This document shows, piece after piece, positions 1-9,640 of a DNA stretch of 64,000 nucleotides. The stretch comes from a bacterium (lineage in GTDB: Bacteria > Electryoneota > Electryoneia > Electryoneales > Electryoneaceae), in NCBI GenBank assembly GCA_963675295.2, contig CAXXKJ010000002.1, positions 2,048,001 through 2,112,000 on the forward strand, given 5' to 3'. A program made the translations under genes and the position numbers. The notes below the pieces were generated by a model. It did not search any database. It saw only the letters and a program-made list of their open reading frames with translations, and was not told the DNA's origin. Within the stretch, counting starts at the first letter, position 1. The number at the start of each line of letters is the position of its first letter.

Positions 1-1
1 G

Positions 2-133
2 TTCAGTGTGGAGGAGGTCGCCGAAATTACCGGTCGTCCGGTGAACACGGTGAAAGTGTACCTGCACCGCGCCCGGGCCGAGTTACGGCAGGTGTTGGAG
101 GACGGTGGCTATCCTTCGGAGGGCTACGCATGA
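2..133 (+). CDS. ECF sigma-70 factor, C-terminal fragment (region 4), cut by window edge
   Basis: Frame 2 reads FSVEEVAEITGRPVNTVKVYLHRARAELRQVL..., a typical ECF region 4.2 HTH; TGA overlaps the next ATG (ATGA). Confidence 0.85.
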   Translation, partial: FSVEEVAEITGRPVNTVKVYLHRARAELRQVLEDGGYPSEGYA

Positions 134-624
134 TGGTTGAGAGAGATCCATTGGAATACAGTGAATACCTCGATATGCTGCCGGCGTATCGGGCGGGCAC
201 GTTGAGCCCTGTGCAGGCTCACCGGTTGTCCAGGCTGCTGGAGGAAGACCCGATCTTCCGCAAGGAGGCGGAGCGGGATCTGCTGATCAGCTCTGCCCTT
301 AGCAACCTTGAGGTTCCTCCGATGCCGCGAAATCTGGTGGAATCCAGTGTTCAGGTGGCAGTCGGTGAGACGGAACCGACTCGTTGGTTCTCACTTGATT
401 CGCTGCTTATCGCGTTGGGGATCGGGGTTGCGGGTGCAGGCGGCGCACATTTCCTCACGTCGCGAGTCGAATTCTTCGACCAGCTCGGAGATTGGATTGC
501 CTCGGTGACGGCAATGGTGCTCGCGGGAGAGATCGACACGATGCTCGGGGTGGTGCTGATGGTCTCCGTCGGAGCGCTCGCTCTGGTCGGAATTGGCGCA
601 TATAAGTTGTTTCGATCGGAGTAA
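130..624 (+). CDS. Putative anti-sigma factor, membrane protein
   Basis: Coupled to the ECF sigma gene; N-terminal helical domain (MLPAYRAGTLSP..RLLEEDP) resembles a Zn-free anti-sigma domain; two TM segments. Confidence 0.65.
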   Translation: MMVERDPLEYSEYLDMLPAYRAGTLSPVQAHRLSRLLEEDPIFRKEAERDLLISSALSNLEVPPMPRNLVESSVQVAVGETEPTRWFSLDSLLIALGIGVAGAGGAHFLTSRVEFFDQLGDWIASVTAMVLAGEIDTMLGVVLMVSVGALALVGIGAYKLFRSE

Positions 625-661
625 GAGAAGATATAGATTGCAGATAGAAGGTTTATCAGAG

Positions 662-700
662 AAATCGCCGGAGAGAAATGATCTTCGGCGATTTTTCTTT
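662..700 (+). terminator. Intrinsic terminator
   Basis: AAATCGCCG..CGGCGATTT stem followed by T-run. Confidence 0.7.
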
Positions 701-985
701 CGCCTCTAGCGCAGGCTAACTGGATGCTTATATTGCGGCGCGTATCTCGGGCGTGCCGGGGTTGTCGACACGCCCGTTGTTTTTTGAAACTGGTCAGAAA
801 AGTGTCATCGAACAGGTGGATTACTCCGAAGCAATTTCAGCTTCTCGAGGTTTGCCGTTTGATGGAACTGATAGAATCTCTATATTAAGAGATCTTGGTT
901 AGGACGCAACCCGCAAGAAATTGGTTGCTTAAGTGGAACGGGACCCCAACAACGATCAGAGGGTCCGGGTGATGGAGGACACAGG

Positions 986-1399
986 ATGCAAGGCATGTTG
1001 AAGAAAAACCGCAAGGGCTTCACGCTCATCGAGATCCTGATCGTGGTTGTTATCGTCGCGATCCTCGCTGCGATCTCCGTTCCGATTTACTTGGATTACG
1101 TCGCGGGCGCCCGTGCGTCGGACGCTCAGTCCCAGATCGGCGCGATTTACAATGCGGCCAAGATGTACAAGCAGGACACGGAGCTGTGGCCGGCGGACGT
1201 TCAGGAGTTGGAAGACCGCGGTTACCTCACCATCGATGAGTCTGTGAAACTGAAGTGGAACTTCGACATCACGGAGGAACAGATCACCGCGACCTCGACG
1301 GATGAGATGGCTGGTGGTTCGGGTAAGGAAGTGCGGTACGATATTCTTCAGGGCAAGTTCTTCGGGTATGGTCTCCCGAATGATGACGGTGACAATTGA
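986..1399 (+). CDS. pilA: Type IVa major pilin
   Basis: KKNRKG|FTLIEILIVVVIVAILAAISVP prepilin motif with E5 and P22; GGAGG RBS; hairpin downstream (1430-1454). Confidence 0.85.
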   Translation: MQGMLKKNRKGFTLIEILIVVVIVAILAAISVPIYLDYVAGARASDAQSQIGAIYNAAKMYKQDTELWPADVQELEDRGYLTIDESVKLKWNFDITEEQITATSTDEMAGGSGKEVRYDILQGKFFGYGLPNDDGDN

Positions 1400-1501
1400 T
1401 CATCGTAGGGTGTGATGTAATTCGGACGAGTCCCCCGTGCTTAGTCACGGGGGCGGTCCGATTGTTGTTTGTCACGGGCAACTTTGATTTGTGAGGAAGT
1501 C

Positions 1502-2557
1502 GTGAAGATTCCAGAACTGCTGCGGTTCTCAGTGAGTAACGGTGCATCCGACTTGCACCTGTCGTCAGGATCCATTCCGATGATCCGGATTCACGGATCG
1601 CTGCAGAAGCTCGATCTTCCCCGTTCGGAAAACGACGAACTGCGCGCTTCGATTTTGGAGATTCTCAACGAGGAACAGATTGAGCGCCTCGAAGAGATGA
1701 AGGAGATCGACCTCAGTTACAAGCTGGAAGGGATTGCGCGCTTCCGCGTCAACGTTTTCGAACAGATTGAAGGGATTGGCGGGGTTTTCCGTACGATTCC
1801 CGAAGAGATTCGCAGTTTTGAAGAATTGGGCCTTCCGGAAACGCTTCGTGAGTTGTCGATGCGCGACCGCGGGCTCGTATTGCTCACAGGCCCGACGGGT
1901 TCGGGCAAGAGCACGACGCTTGCGACGATGATCGACCAGATCAACGAGAGCAAGCAGGTTCACATCATTACGATTGAAGATCCTGTCGAGTTCTTCCATT
2001 CGTCGAAGAACTGCATGATCAACCAGCGTGAGCTTGGGGCGAGTACCCACAGCTTCGCGAACGCGTTGCGTTCGGCGCTGCGTGAAGACCCGGATGTGAT
2101 TCTGGTCGGCGAAATGCGCGACCTGGAGACGATTTCGCTGGCGTTGACCGCCGCAGAAACGGGTCACCTGGTTTTAGCCACGTTGCACACCAGCGGCGCG
2201 GCGAAGACAATTGACCGTATCATCGACATTTTCCCGGCGTCCCAGAAGACGCAGGTTCGATCGATGTTGGCGGAATCGCTGCAAGCGGTTGTGCAGCAGA
2301 AGCTGTTGCCGGTCAAGGGCGGAAAAGGCCGAGTTGTTGCCACGGAGGTGATGGTGGCGAACACGGCGGTCCGAAACCTCATTCGTGAGGACAAGATTTA
2401 TCAGATTCCGTCCGTGGTACAGTCCGGTGGTAAGGAAGGCATGCACTCGCTGGATCAGGATCTGCAGCGTCTTCTGCACCAGGGCAAGATTGACCGTGAG
2501 ACGGCGGCGTTTGTCGCGGACAACCCGAAGCTGTTCGCGGTTGATCTGTCGGCGTAA
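1502..2557 (+). CDS. pilT: Pilus retraction ATPase PilT (GTG start at 1502 preferred; ORF track starts 1469)
   Basis: ASDLHL, GPTGSGKST, TIEDPVE, LREDPDVILVGEMRD, TGHLVLATLH, AVRNLIRE motif. Confidence 0.95.
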   Translation: MKIPELLRFSVSNGASDLHLSSGSIPMIRIHGSLQKLDLPRSENDELRASILEILNEEQIERLEEMKEIDLSYKLEGIARFRVNVFEQIEGIGGVFRTIPEEIRSFEELGLPETLRELSMRDRGLVLLTGPTGSGKSTTLATMIDQINESKQVHIITIEDPVEFFHSSKNCMINQRELGASTHSFANALRSALREDPDVILVGEMRDLETISLALTAAETGHLVLATLHTSGAAKTIDRIIDIFPASQKTQVRSMLAESLQAVVQQKLLPVKGGKGRVVATEVMVANTAVRNLIREDKIYQIPSVVQSGGKEGMHSLDQDLQRLLHQGKIDRETAAFVADNPKLFAVDLSA

Positions 2558-2700
2558 CGCTCCTTTGATTTGAGAGTTCCACCCTGCTCTAGAGGGGTGT
2601 CTTTGCGGGCAGGGATTAAGCGCATCGCATTGTTTTTTGCGATGTTGTAAAGTTGGCTGGACGCCGCACGACGGATCACATGTACCAGCACGGAGGCGTC

Positions 2701-3225
2701 ATGCATCTGCACTTCTTGCGACGTTGGTTTCGCCGGCCGAATGGCAGGCGGCGCGGGATGACCATGATCGAGTTGGTTGTCGGTCTTGTGGTTGTCGGCA
2801 CCGCTGCCGTGGGCACGTCAATTGCCGTGTTCAACGCTTATGGTCAGCTCCAGCGCCAGCGTCACCGCCTGATTGCCAACCAGCACCTGCGCGCTGAAGT
2901 GGAATACTGGCAGGGCCGGATTCACTCCGCGATGCCCACGGCACAGCAGATGAATAACGCGATGGAGCCGTTCACGGTGTTGATCGACGAGCGCGATCCG
3001 ACAACCGACGACGATGATCTCCTCGCCGAAGTGAAGCGATTGCCGATCCGGTCTCACATTCTGGTGAATACATCGACCCAGTTGCAGTATTACTGGGAGA
3101 TTCCGGTTACGATCAGGTACACGGAGACGAGTTGGGTTCTCGGTGATCCTGATGTCGAATTGAGTTATCAGCTCGTCGGATACTGGCTTGAAGCTGAGCC
3201 TACCAATCGCCGGGGGGATGACTAG
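2701..3225 (+). CDS. Minor pilin, PilV-like
   Basis: RRRG|MTMIELVVGLVVV prepilin motif; GGAGG RBS before ATG 2701. Confidence 0.75.
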   Translation: MHLHFLRRWFRRPNGRRRGMTMIELVVGLVVVGTAAVGTSIAVFNAYGQLQRQRHRLIANQHLRAEVEYWQGRIHSAMPTAQQMNNAMEPFTVLIDERDPTTDDDDLLAEVKRLPIRSHILVNTSTQLQYYWEIPVTIRYTETSWVLGDPDVELSYQLVGYWLEAEPTNRRGDD

Positions 3226-3295
3226 AGCGACTCAGGCCTGATACAGGCACGACTTTTGTGGACCTTTGGCACGGCGCGCGATGATGAGGTGCAAG

Positions 3296-3958
3296 ATGAT
3301 GCAACAGAAAAAACGACTTGGGTTTACGTTCATCGAGGTGTTGACGGTAATCGTCATCTCGGCAGGTCTCTTTCTCGGTTTCATCGTACTGCTCGTCGAC
3401 GTGACCGAGCAGATGCACATCTCGTGGCAGCTTCGTGAAGCGGAAGATTGGGGCAACTGGTACGTCAACACGTTTGTCGACAAGCTCCGCAATGGTTATG
3501 ATGTTGATCTGACGCGTGTAACTCCGCCATGCGAGGCGGAAGTGAAGTACATCTCACCTTACGATTATTCCCTGCCCGACTTACAGCGTGATATCGATAC
3601 GTATGAGTTTGAGTACGATTTCGATACTGGTTTTCCGGTGTTGCGAATCAATGAACGTCAAACTCAGTACGAGTTTTTCCCGCCACGCGAACAAGATCTC
3701 GAAGATGAGTTCTATGTTGACCCCGAGAGCTTCGAAATTCGAGTTGTTCGACGCGATGACCTGCAGGAAGGGTATGTAGAGCGATTTACTCCGTATTATA
3801 TGGAGATAGAGTTCCAACTGATGTACCGTCGTTACACCGGGCGTTTGTTCGGTGGAAATGTATACGAGAAGGTGCTGACCTTCCAGGGGGCGGCTTATGT
3901 GGCAAACGACAAGTGGCCGGTAATCAAGTCGCCGTTTGACGAACCGCAGGAAGATTAG
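3296..3958 (+). CDS. Minor pilin, PilW-like
   Basis: KKRLG|FTFIEVLTVIVI prepilin motif; GAGGT RBS. Confidence 0.75.
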   Translation: MMQQKKRLGFTFIEVLTVIVISAGLFLGFIVLLVDVTEQMHISWQLREAEDWGNWYVNTFVDKLRNGYDVDLTRVTPPCEAEVKYISPYDYSLPDLQRDIDTYEFEYDFDTGFPVLRINERQTQYEFFPPREQDLEDEFYVDPESFEIRVVRRDDLQEGYVERFTPYYMEIEFQLMYRRYTGRLFGGNVYEKVLTFQGAAYVANDKWPVIKSPFDEPQED

Positions 3959-4089
3959 TTGGCGAAGTACCGCAGGCAGATTAACCCACAGGCCGGTTCG
4001 GGGTGGCTTGTATCAGTGCGTGGGAATCCATTGCGGGTGCGATAAAAGTTTGATCCCCGTGCATGAAGGATGCTGGAACGGAGGTCAAG

Positions 4090-5625
4090 ATGGTGAAGAC
4101 ACAGTTGAAGAAGCGCAAGGGCAGTGTGCTGCTCTATTCCGTGGTACTGATGCTCGTGCTGGTGGTGACCGCTGGTGCGTTCATGAAGTGGGCCGCGGAT
4201 GAGGCGTACCAGGCGAACTATGATCTGGCACGTTCGCAGGCCTACTACATCGCACAGAAGGGCGCGATTGAGCAAGGCATGGCACATCTACGCTCGAAGA
4301 AATACTACGAGTTGACCGCAGCGTCGATCGACTTGCCGGATGGCCGCGAGATGGACTATGGCGACTTCCGTGGCAAGTATGAAGGCGCCGAAGTGTTGCA
4401 ACAGACCACGCTGTACGATCTTCAGGATACCGAGTTTCTCCGGACTGGCGCCTGGGATGCGACGGCTGTTGGTGTGGTCGAGATGGAGCAGCCCAATGGC
4501 GACAAGGTCGAGGTGAAGACGCGGTACACATTGCGCAGCCAGATGCGAACGTTCGCGAACTACATGTATCTCTCGGACATCGAAACGGCGGCTCCGCCGG
4601 ACAGTTCGGGCGATGACGTGATCTGGTTCTATTCGGGCGATACGCTGTACGGCCGTGTGCACTCGAACGACTACATCGGGATCAAGCAGTCGCCGGTGTT
4701 TTATGGTCCGGTGAGTACGTCCAAGGACGAGTTCCGTGAATATGCGGCGTCTCCACACTTTGAGTACGAGCCGCAGTTCAACGTTCCGGAAGTGTATTTC
4801 CCGGAACAGGCGGACGACATCCGCAACGGTGCCGCGAACCAGGGCAACTTCTTCTCGAGCAACAACAACACGTGGTTGTACCAGTTTGAGGGCAACAACG
4901 GTGGCTGGGACTGGTACAAGTGGGAACGCGGTACGGGTGTCGAACCGAACGACAACAACGTTATCGACTTCGGCTATATCGCATACTCGTTGAACACGAT
5001 CGCGTTCGTTGAAGGAGACCTCTACATCAAGGGCGAGCTGGTTCAGGGCAAGAGCACGATTTCCAGTGGTGGCCAGATGTACCTGATCGACAACGTGAAA
5101 TACGCGGACGTATCGCTGATTTCACCGTCGATTCCGGACAATTCGCCGAACATCCTTGGTTTGGTCAGCGAGAAGAACATTATCATCCGGAACAGTACCC
5201 GGAATGGTAAAGAGAACGGCGGCAACGACAACCCGAACGCGCCGCACGACCAGGCTCATATCGTGATCACGGCCGGTCTGGTTGCGTTGGGCCAGTCGTT
5301 CACGTTCGAACACCAGAACGACACGATTGAAGGAACCTGCAACGCGAACAGTACGCCGCAGGAAGCGCCGTGGGATCACGGTTCGTACCTGTACACCGGC
5401 GGCCAGGATGAGCGCGGCTATATCTACATTCGTGGCGCGGTTGCGCAGCAGCGGCGCGGCTATGTGCACCGTTCGAACTGTGGCGGCACGGGGTACGACA
5501 AGAGTTACGACTACGATTTCCGTCTGCAGACCAATCCTCCGCCGTTGTATCTGGCGGCTCAGGATGCGGATGGCAACGTCTTCTTTGAAGTTACGAGCAG
5601 TTGGGCGGAATTTGTAACGGATTAA
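4090..5625 (+). CDS. Large PilX-like minor pilin, copy 1
   Basis: KKRKG|SVLLYSVVLMLVL (no E5, as in PilX/GspK); QAYYIAQKGAIE; C-terminal GYDKSYDYDFRL..PPP. Confidence 0.75.
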   Translation: MVKTQLKKRKGSVLLYSVVLMLVLVVTAGAFMKWAADEAYQANYDLARSQAYYIAQKGAIEQGMAHLRSKKYYELTAASIDLPDGREMDYGDFRGKYEGAEVLQQTTLYDLQDTEFLRTGAWDATAVGVVEMEQPNGDKVEVKTRYTLRSQMRTFANYMYLSDIETAAPPDSSGDDVIWFYSGDTLYGRVHSNDYIGIKQSPVFYGPVSTSKDEFREYAASPHFEYEPQFNVPEVYFPEQADDIRNGAANQGNFFSSNNNTWLYQFEGNNGGWDWYKWERGTGVEPNDNNVIDFGYIAYSLNTIAFVEGDLYIKGELVQGKSTISSGGQMYLIDNVKYADVSLISPSIPDNSPNILGLVSEKNIIIRNSTRNGKENGGNDNPNAPHDQAHIVITAGLVALGQSFTFEHQNDTIEGTCNANSTPQEAPWDHGSYLYTGGQDERGYIYIRGAVAQQRRGYVHRSNCGGTGYDKSYDYDFRLQTNPPPLYLAAQDADGNVFFEVTSSWAEFVTD

Positions 5626-5726
5626 TTTGTAAAGGAGTACATAAGCGTATCCGAGTGGAGGGGATGGCCATCTCGGAGGGACGAGGGAGCGCCCGCTGGC
5701 GTTAAAGACAGGGAGCGGAGGCACGG

Positions 5727-7250
5727 ATGAAAACGACGATCCTGCGGGAGCGCAGGGGCAGTGTGCTGTTGTATGCTGTCGCCCTGATGCTGGTCCTCGT
5801 TGTAACGGCCGGTGCATTCATGAAATGGGCGGCCGACGAGGCATACCAGGCCCGTTTCGACCTCGCACGTTCTCAGGCTCATTACATCGCCCAGAAGGGC
5901 GCGATTGAGCAGGGAATGGGGTATCTCCGTTCGCAGAAGATTTACCAGATTGATCGCCCCGATACAAAACTCCCCGACGGCGGGGATGGGACCTACGGCG
6001 AATTTGTGGGACACTACGAAGACGCCTGGGTTTACCAGCAGCAGGACCTGTACGGACTCAGCGACAACGAATTCATCAAGACGGGCGCATGGGATGCGAC
6101 CGCAATCGGTGTCGTTGAATTTGAAGCTCCGGACGGCGAACTGAAGCAGGTTCGCAGCGAATACACGCTGCGCTCCCAGATGCGCACGTTCGCGAACTTC
6201 ATGTACCTCTCGGACATCGAAACCGCTCTTCCGCCCGACAGTTCCGGCGACGAAGTCATCTGGTTCTGGGATGAGGACGAGCTGTTTGGCCGGGTGCATT
6301 CCAACGATTTCATCGGAATCAGCGGTTCGCCGACCTTCCACGGGCCGGTTAGCACGTCAAAGGATCACTATCTCGTCGGTCCCGGTGGCGACAATCCAAT
6401 CTTTGATTATCCCCCGCAGTACAGCGTGCCGGAAATCCATTTCCCGGAAACCGCCATCGACATCCGTGAGGGTGCTGCAATGCAGGGGCATATGTACACC
6501 TCCGGCGACCTCGAGATGCGGTACAAGTTGATCGGCGATGGAGCCTGGGGCCTGCAGCAGTGGCCGCGCGGTGATGGGGTCGAACCACCCCCGGACACTC
6601 CGATCACACCGATCCAGTACTCATTGAACACGATCATTTTTGTTGACGGTGACCTTTACATCGCCGGTCCTTCCGTCGCGCAGCGCAGCACGGTCGCGTG
6701 TTCCGGCAACATGTATATCATCGACAATATCCTGTATGAGGGCCTGTCAACGACCAACATGGACCCCGATCCGGATTCCGAACATATCCTCGGTCTGGTC
6801 AGTGAAGGCAATATTGTAATCCGCAATACGTTTGAAAATGGTCGTGAGAACGGCGGCAATGACAACCCGAATGCCCCGCATGAATCGGCGCACGTGATTA
6901 TTACGGCGGGCATGGTCGCTCTGGGTGAAAGCTTCACGTTCGAACATCAGAACGATGAAGATGGCAATGGAGACCCACAGCCGGCGCCGTGGGATCATGG
7001 GACGTATCGTTTCTGCACGCCGCAGGATGAGCGTGGGATCATCTTTATTCGTGGTGCAATCGCACAGAAGCGCCGCGGCTATGTGCACCGGTCGAATTGC
7101 AACGGGACGGGGTATGGCAAGAACTACGATTATGATTTCCGTCTGCAGCAGAATCCACCTCCGTTGTATCTCGCCGCTCAAGATGAAGATGGAAATATTT
7201 TCTTTGAAGTGATCAGCAGTTGGGCGGACAACCCGGACAAGCAACCGTGA
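5727..7250 (+). CDS. Large PilX-like minor pilin, copy 2 (paralog)
   Basis: RERRG|SVLLYAVALMLVL; long blocks nearly identical to copy 1. Confidence 0.75.
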   Translation: MKTTILRERRGSVLLYAVALMLVLVVTAGAFMKWAADEAYQARFDLARSQAHYIAQKGAIEQGMGYLRSQKIYQIDRPDTKLPDGGDGTYGEFVGHYEDAWVYQQQDLYGLSDNEFIKTGAWDATAIGVVEFEAPDGELKQVRSEYTLRSQMRTFANFMYLSDIETALPPDSSGDEVIWFWDEDELFGRVHSNDFIGISGSPTFHGPVSTSKDHYLVGPGGDNPIFDYPPQYSVPEIHFPETAIDIREGAAMQGHMYTSGDLEMRYKLIGDGAWGLQQWPRGDGVEPPPDTPITPIQYSLNTIIFVDGDLYIAGPSVAQRSTVACSGNMYIIDNILYEGLSTTNMDPDPDSEHILGLVSEGNIVIRNTFENGRENGGNDNPNAPHESAHVIITAGMVALGESFTFEHQNDEDGNGDPQPAPWDHGTYRFCTPQDERGIIFIRGAIAQKRRGYVHRSNCNGTGYGKNYDYDFRLQQNPPPLYLAAQDEDGNIFFEVISSWADNPDKQP

Positions 7251-7353
7251 CGTTTGGCGGGGCGGGGAGATCTCTCGTTTTGCCTCAAGCGTTCTCGGTC
7301 TTACTTTGATTTGATGTACTCGTTGTTTCGATCACGCTAGCACGGGAAGGAAC

Positions 7354-8415
7354 ATGGCCTTCGGCAAGAAAGTACGTGTGGGGCTCGACATCGGCTACCA
7401 CTCGGTGAAGGCAGTGGTGCTGGAAGTATCCGGCCACCGCTATCGTGTGCTGCATCGTGGCGTTCGTCCTTTGTGGAACGACTCGGCGCCGTACAACCCG
7501 GATGGACCGAAGCGGAGCCAGATCGGCCCTGTGATTGTGGACTTGTTCCGATCCTTCAAGCTGTCGCCCCGTAAGCTGAAGGACCTTCGTTCCCTGGTGG
7601 ACAATCCCCAGGTGGCAGCGAAGGAGATCACGGCGATCCCGCTTGAAGAGAAGGAAATGGCGTCCGCAATGCTGCTGGAAGCGCGCAAGCACATTCCGCT
7701 GGATGGCAGTGAGACGCAGATCGACTACCAGATTCTCGGCGATCACCCGGAGGAGGCGGACAAGGTCCGCGTTCTGATCGTCGCGTCTTCGAAGAAGTCG
7801 TTCGAGAATCATCTTTCGCTGCTCAGCGAAGTCGACATTCGTCCTGCGGTTGTGGATGTAGAGTCGTTGGCCGTGGCCAACAGTTATCTCGCATTCAACG
7901 AACTTCCGGATGAAGGCCTGATTGTCTTGCTGGATGTTGGTTGTCGCAAGACGTCGATTACGCTTCTGGGGCGGAAGGATCGTTTCTTCACGCGCGAAGT
8001 GAATGTGGGTGGTGCCGCATTTACGGATGATCTGATGAGCGGTTTCGGGCTGCGGTTCGAAGAGGCCGAACGCATCAAAGCCGAAGAAGGCTTGAGTCCG
8101 AACCTTGAGCGCAAGGCGTCCGGCGAAGGTGAGCTTCGGCTTGCCAGCAAGAACGTTCTGGAGCGCTTTGGCGATGAGATCAACCGCACCTTGCGATACT
8201 ACGTCAAAGAGACGGGCCAGAGCTTCTTCAGCAAGTTCGTTCTGGTCGGTGGCGGCGCGGGGTTGACGGAGCTTCCGGATTATCTGGAGAAGAAGTTCCG
8301 TGCCGACGTCGAGACGTACGATCCATTCGCTCAGATGGAGATGGTTGGCGGCAATGGTGGCGGCCATCCGTCACAATACGCGGCCGCTGTGGGCCTTGCG
8401 ATTCGGGAGCTCTGA
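7354..8415 (+). CDS. pilM: Type IV pilus assembly protein PilM
   Basis: VGLDIGYHSVKAV, EARKHIPL..IDYQIL, LLDVG, LVGGGA actin-like motifs. Confidence 0.92.
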   Translation: MAFGKKVRVGLDIGYHSVKAVVLEVSGHRYRVLHRGVRPLWNDSAPYNPDGPKRSQIGPVIVDLFRSFKLSPRKLKDLRSLVDNPQVAAKEITAIPLEEKEMASAMLLEARKHIPLDGSETQIDYQILGDHPEEADKVRVLIVASSKKSFENHLSLLSEVDIRPAVVDVESLAVANSYLAFNELPDEGLIVLLDVGCRKTSITLLGRKDRFFTREVNVGGAAFTDDLMSGFGLRFEEAERIKAEEGLSPNLERKASGEGELRLASKNVLERFGDEINRTLRYYVKETGQSFFSKFVLVGGGAGLTELPDYLEKKFRADVETYDPFAQMEMVGGNGGGHPSQYAAAVGLAIREL

Positions 8416-8418
8416 ACC

Positions 8419-9069
8419 ATGGTGAAGCAGTTTCGCATCAACCTGAACCGTCAGGAAGGGTATGCACAGCGCCTCGAACGGAAGCGGCGTGTGCGTGAGC
8501 GGATTACGCTTACCATCATCACCCTTCTTGTACTGGTTACTATCGGTCTCACGTACACCGCTGATCAGGAAATGCGGGATATCGTGGACTTGAAGGAAGA
8601 TCAGCTGGAATCGATTGTGACAAAGATTGACTCGTTGCAGAAGGCTGGTCAGAATGTCAGCAAGCAGGACGTGCTCGCGTTGGCGCGTCTTGACGCTGAA
8701 CGTGTGCTGTGGACGAAGAAGTTTGCGGCGATGGCTGATCTGATGCCGGATGACATGGCAATCACGAAGCTGCAGTTTGACCGCGGCGTTTTTGAGATCA
8801 CGGCGATTACAACGATCAACCAGGGCGAGAAGGAGTTTGACAAGGTCAAGCTTCTCATGGACCGGTTGCAGGCGACCCCTCGATTCATGGAAGATTTCCG
8901 TGACATCAAGTTCAAGCATTCGGAACGGGATGAAGAGGACGGGCAGGAGTTGTTGCATTTTGAGATCACCTGCCGCTTGGGTTCCGCAGGCACAGTTCGC
9001 GCCAGCCGTGCAGTTGGAGCCGATGGTGGTTCCCGCGCTGAGCGGTTAGCAGAACAGTTGGGGGGTTGA
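8419..9069 (+). CDS. pilN: PilN-like assembly protein
   Basis: RINLN N-terminal motif, single TM, coiled coil, position after pilM. Confidence 0.8.
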   Translation: MVKQFRINLNRQEGYAQRLERKRRVRERITLTIITLLVLVTIGLTYTADQEMRDIVDLKEDQLESIVTKIDSLQKAGQNVSKQDVLALARLDAERVLWTKKFAAMADLMPDDMAITKLQFDRGVFEITAITTINQGEKEFDKVKLLMDRLQATPRFMEDFRDIKFKHSERDEEDGQELLHFEITCRLGSAGTVRASRAVGADGGSRAERLAEQLGG

Positions 9070-9072
9070 TCG

Positions 9073-9630
9073 GTGAAAAAGATAATCTACTTGTTGGTTC
9101 TGCTGGCGGTGGCCGGTGGCGGGTTGTTGTACTACTACCGGATCGAATATCCGAAGATGCCGGATAAGATTGATGACCTCAACCGCCGCATTGAAGCTCG
9201 TAACGAGAAGTTGATTTCCGCGGAAATCATCGCGTCTGAGTTGGATCTGGTTGCGAACCTGATTGACCGTAACCTTGCGATCAGCCGTGAAGACAGTCTC
9301 GCGCAGGGCGCCAGCCTTCCGTTCCTTGAGTACATGACGGGCCTGATTCAGAACCACAACATCACGCTTGTGTCGCTGGAACCGGATCGCCGGTCGGCGT
9401 CGCGTCATGATTACGTACGTACTTCCTACGATGTGGTTGTGGAGTGCACGTACCTCGAGTTCGGAGAATTGCTCAACGACATTGAGAAATCCGACCGCTT
9501 GATCACGATCGAAGAGTTTGAGATGGACAACCAGATCAACAACATCGGTCGTCGCAGCAAGCGGAGCTGGGATTCTCACCCGTTTGAGTTTACCGCAAGC
9601 ACGCTCACCTTGATCAAGCATTCGTCGTGA
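9073..9630 (+). CDS. pilO: PilO-like assembly protein
   Basis: N-terminal TM, coiled coil, YLEFGELLNDIEKSDRLITI motif. Confidence 0.8.
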   Translation: MKKIIYLLVLLAVAGGGLLYYYRIEYPKMPDKIDDLNRRIEARNEKLISAEIIASELDLVANLIDRNLAISREDSLAQGASLPFLEYMTGLIQNHNITLVSLEPDRRSASRHDYVRTSYDVVVECTYLEFGELLNDIEKSDRLITIEEFEMDNQINNIGRRSKRSWDSHPFEFTASTLTLIKHSS

Positions 9631-9640
9631 GGGAAGAAAC

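Noticed and set aside
3244-3260. Sigma54-like site AGGCACGACTTTTGT before the PilW-like gene
   Set aside because: The invariant -12 GC is GT; too weak to call
4090-7250. PilX paralogs as a recombinational or DGR-type variation cassette
   Set aside because: Synonymous sites are diverged throughout, both copies are full-length with their own RBS, and no recombinase or reverse transcriptase is present
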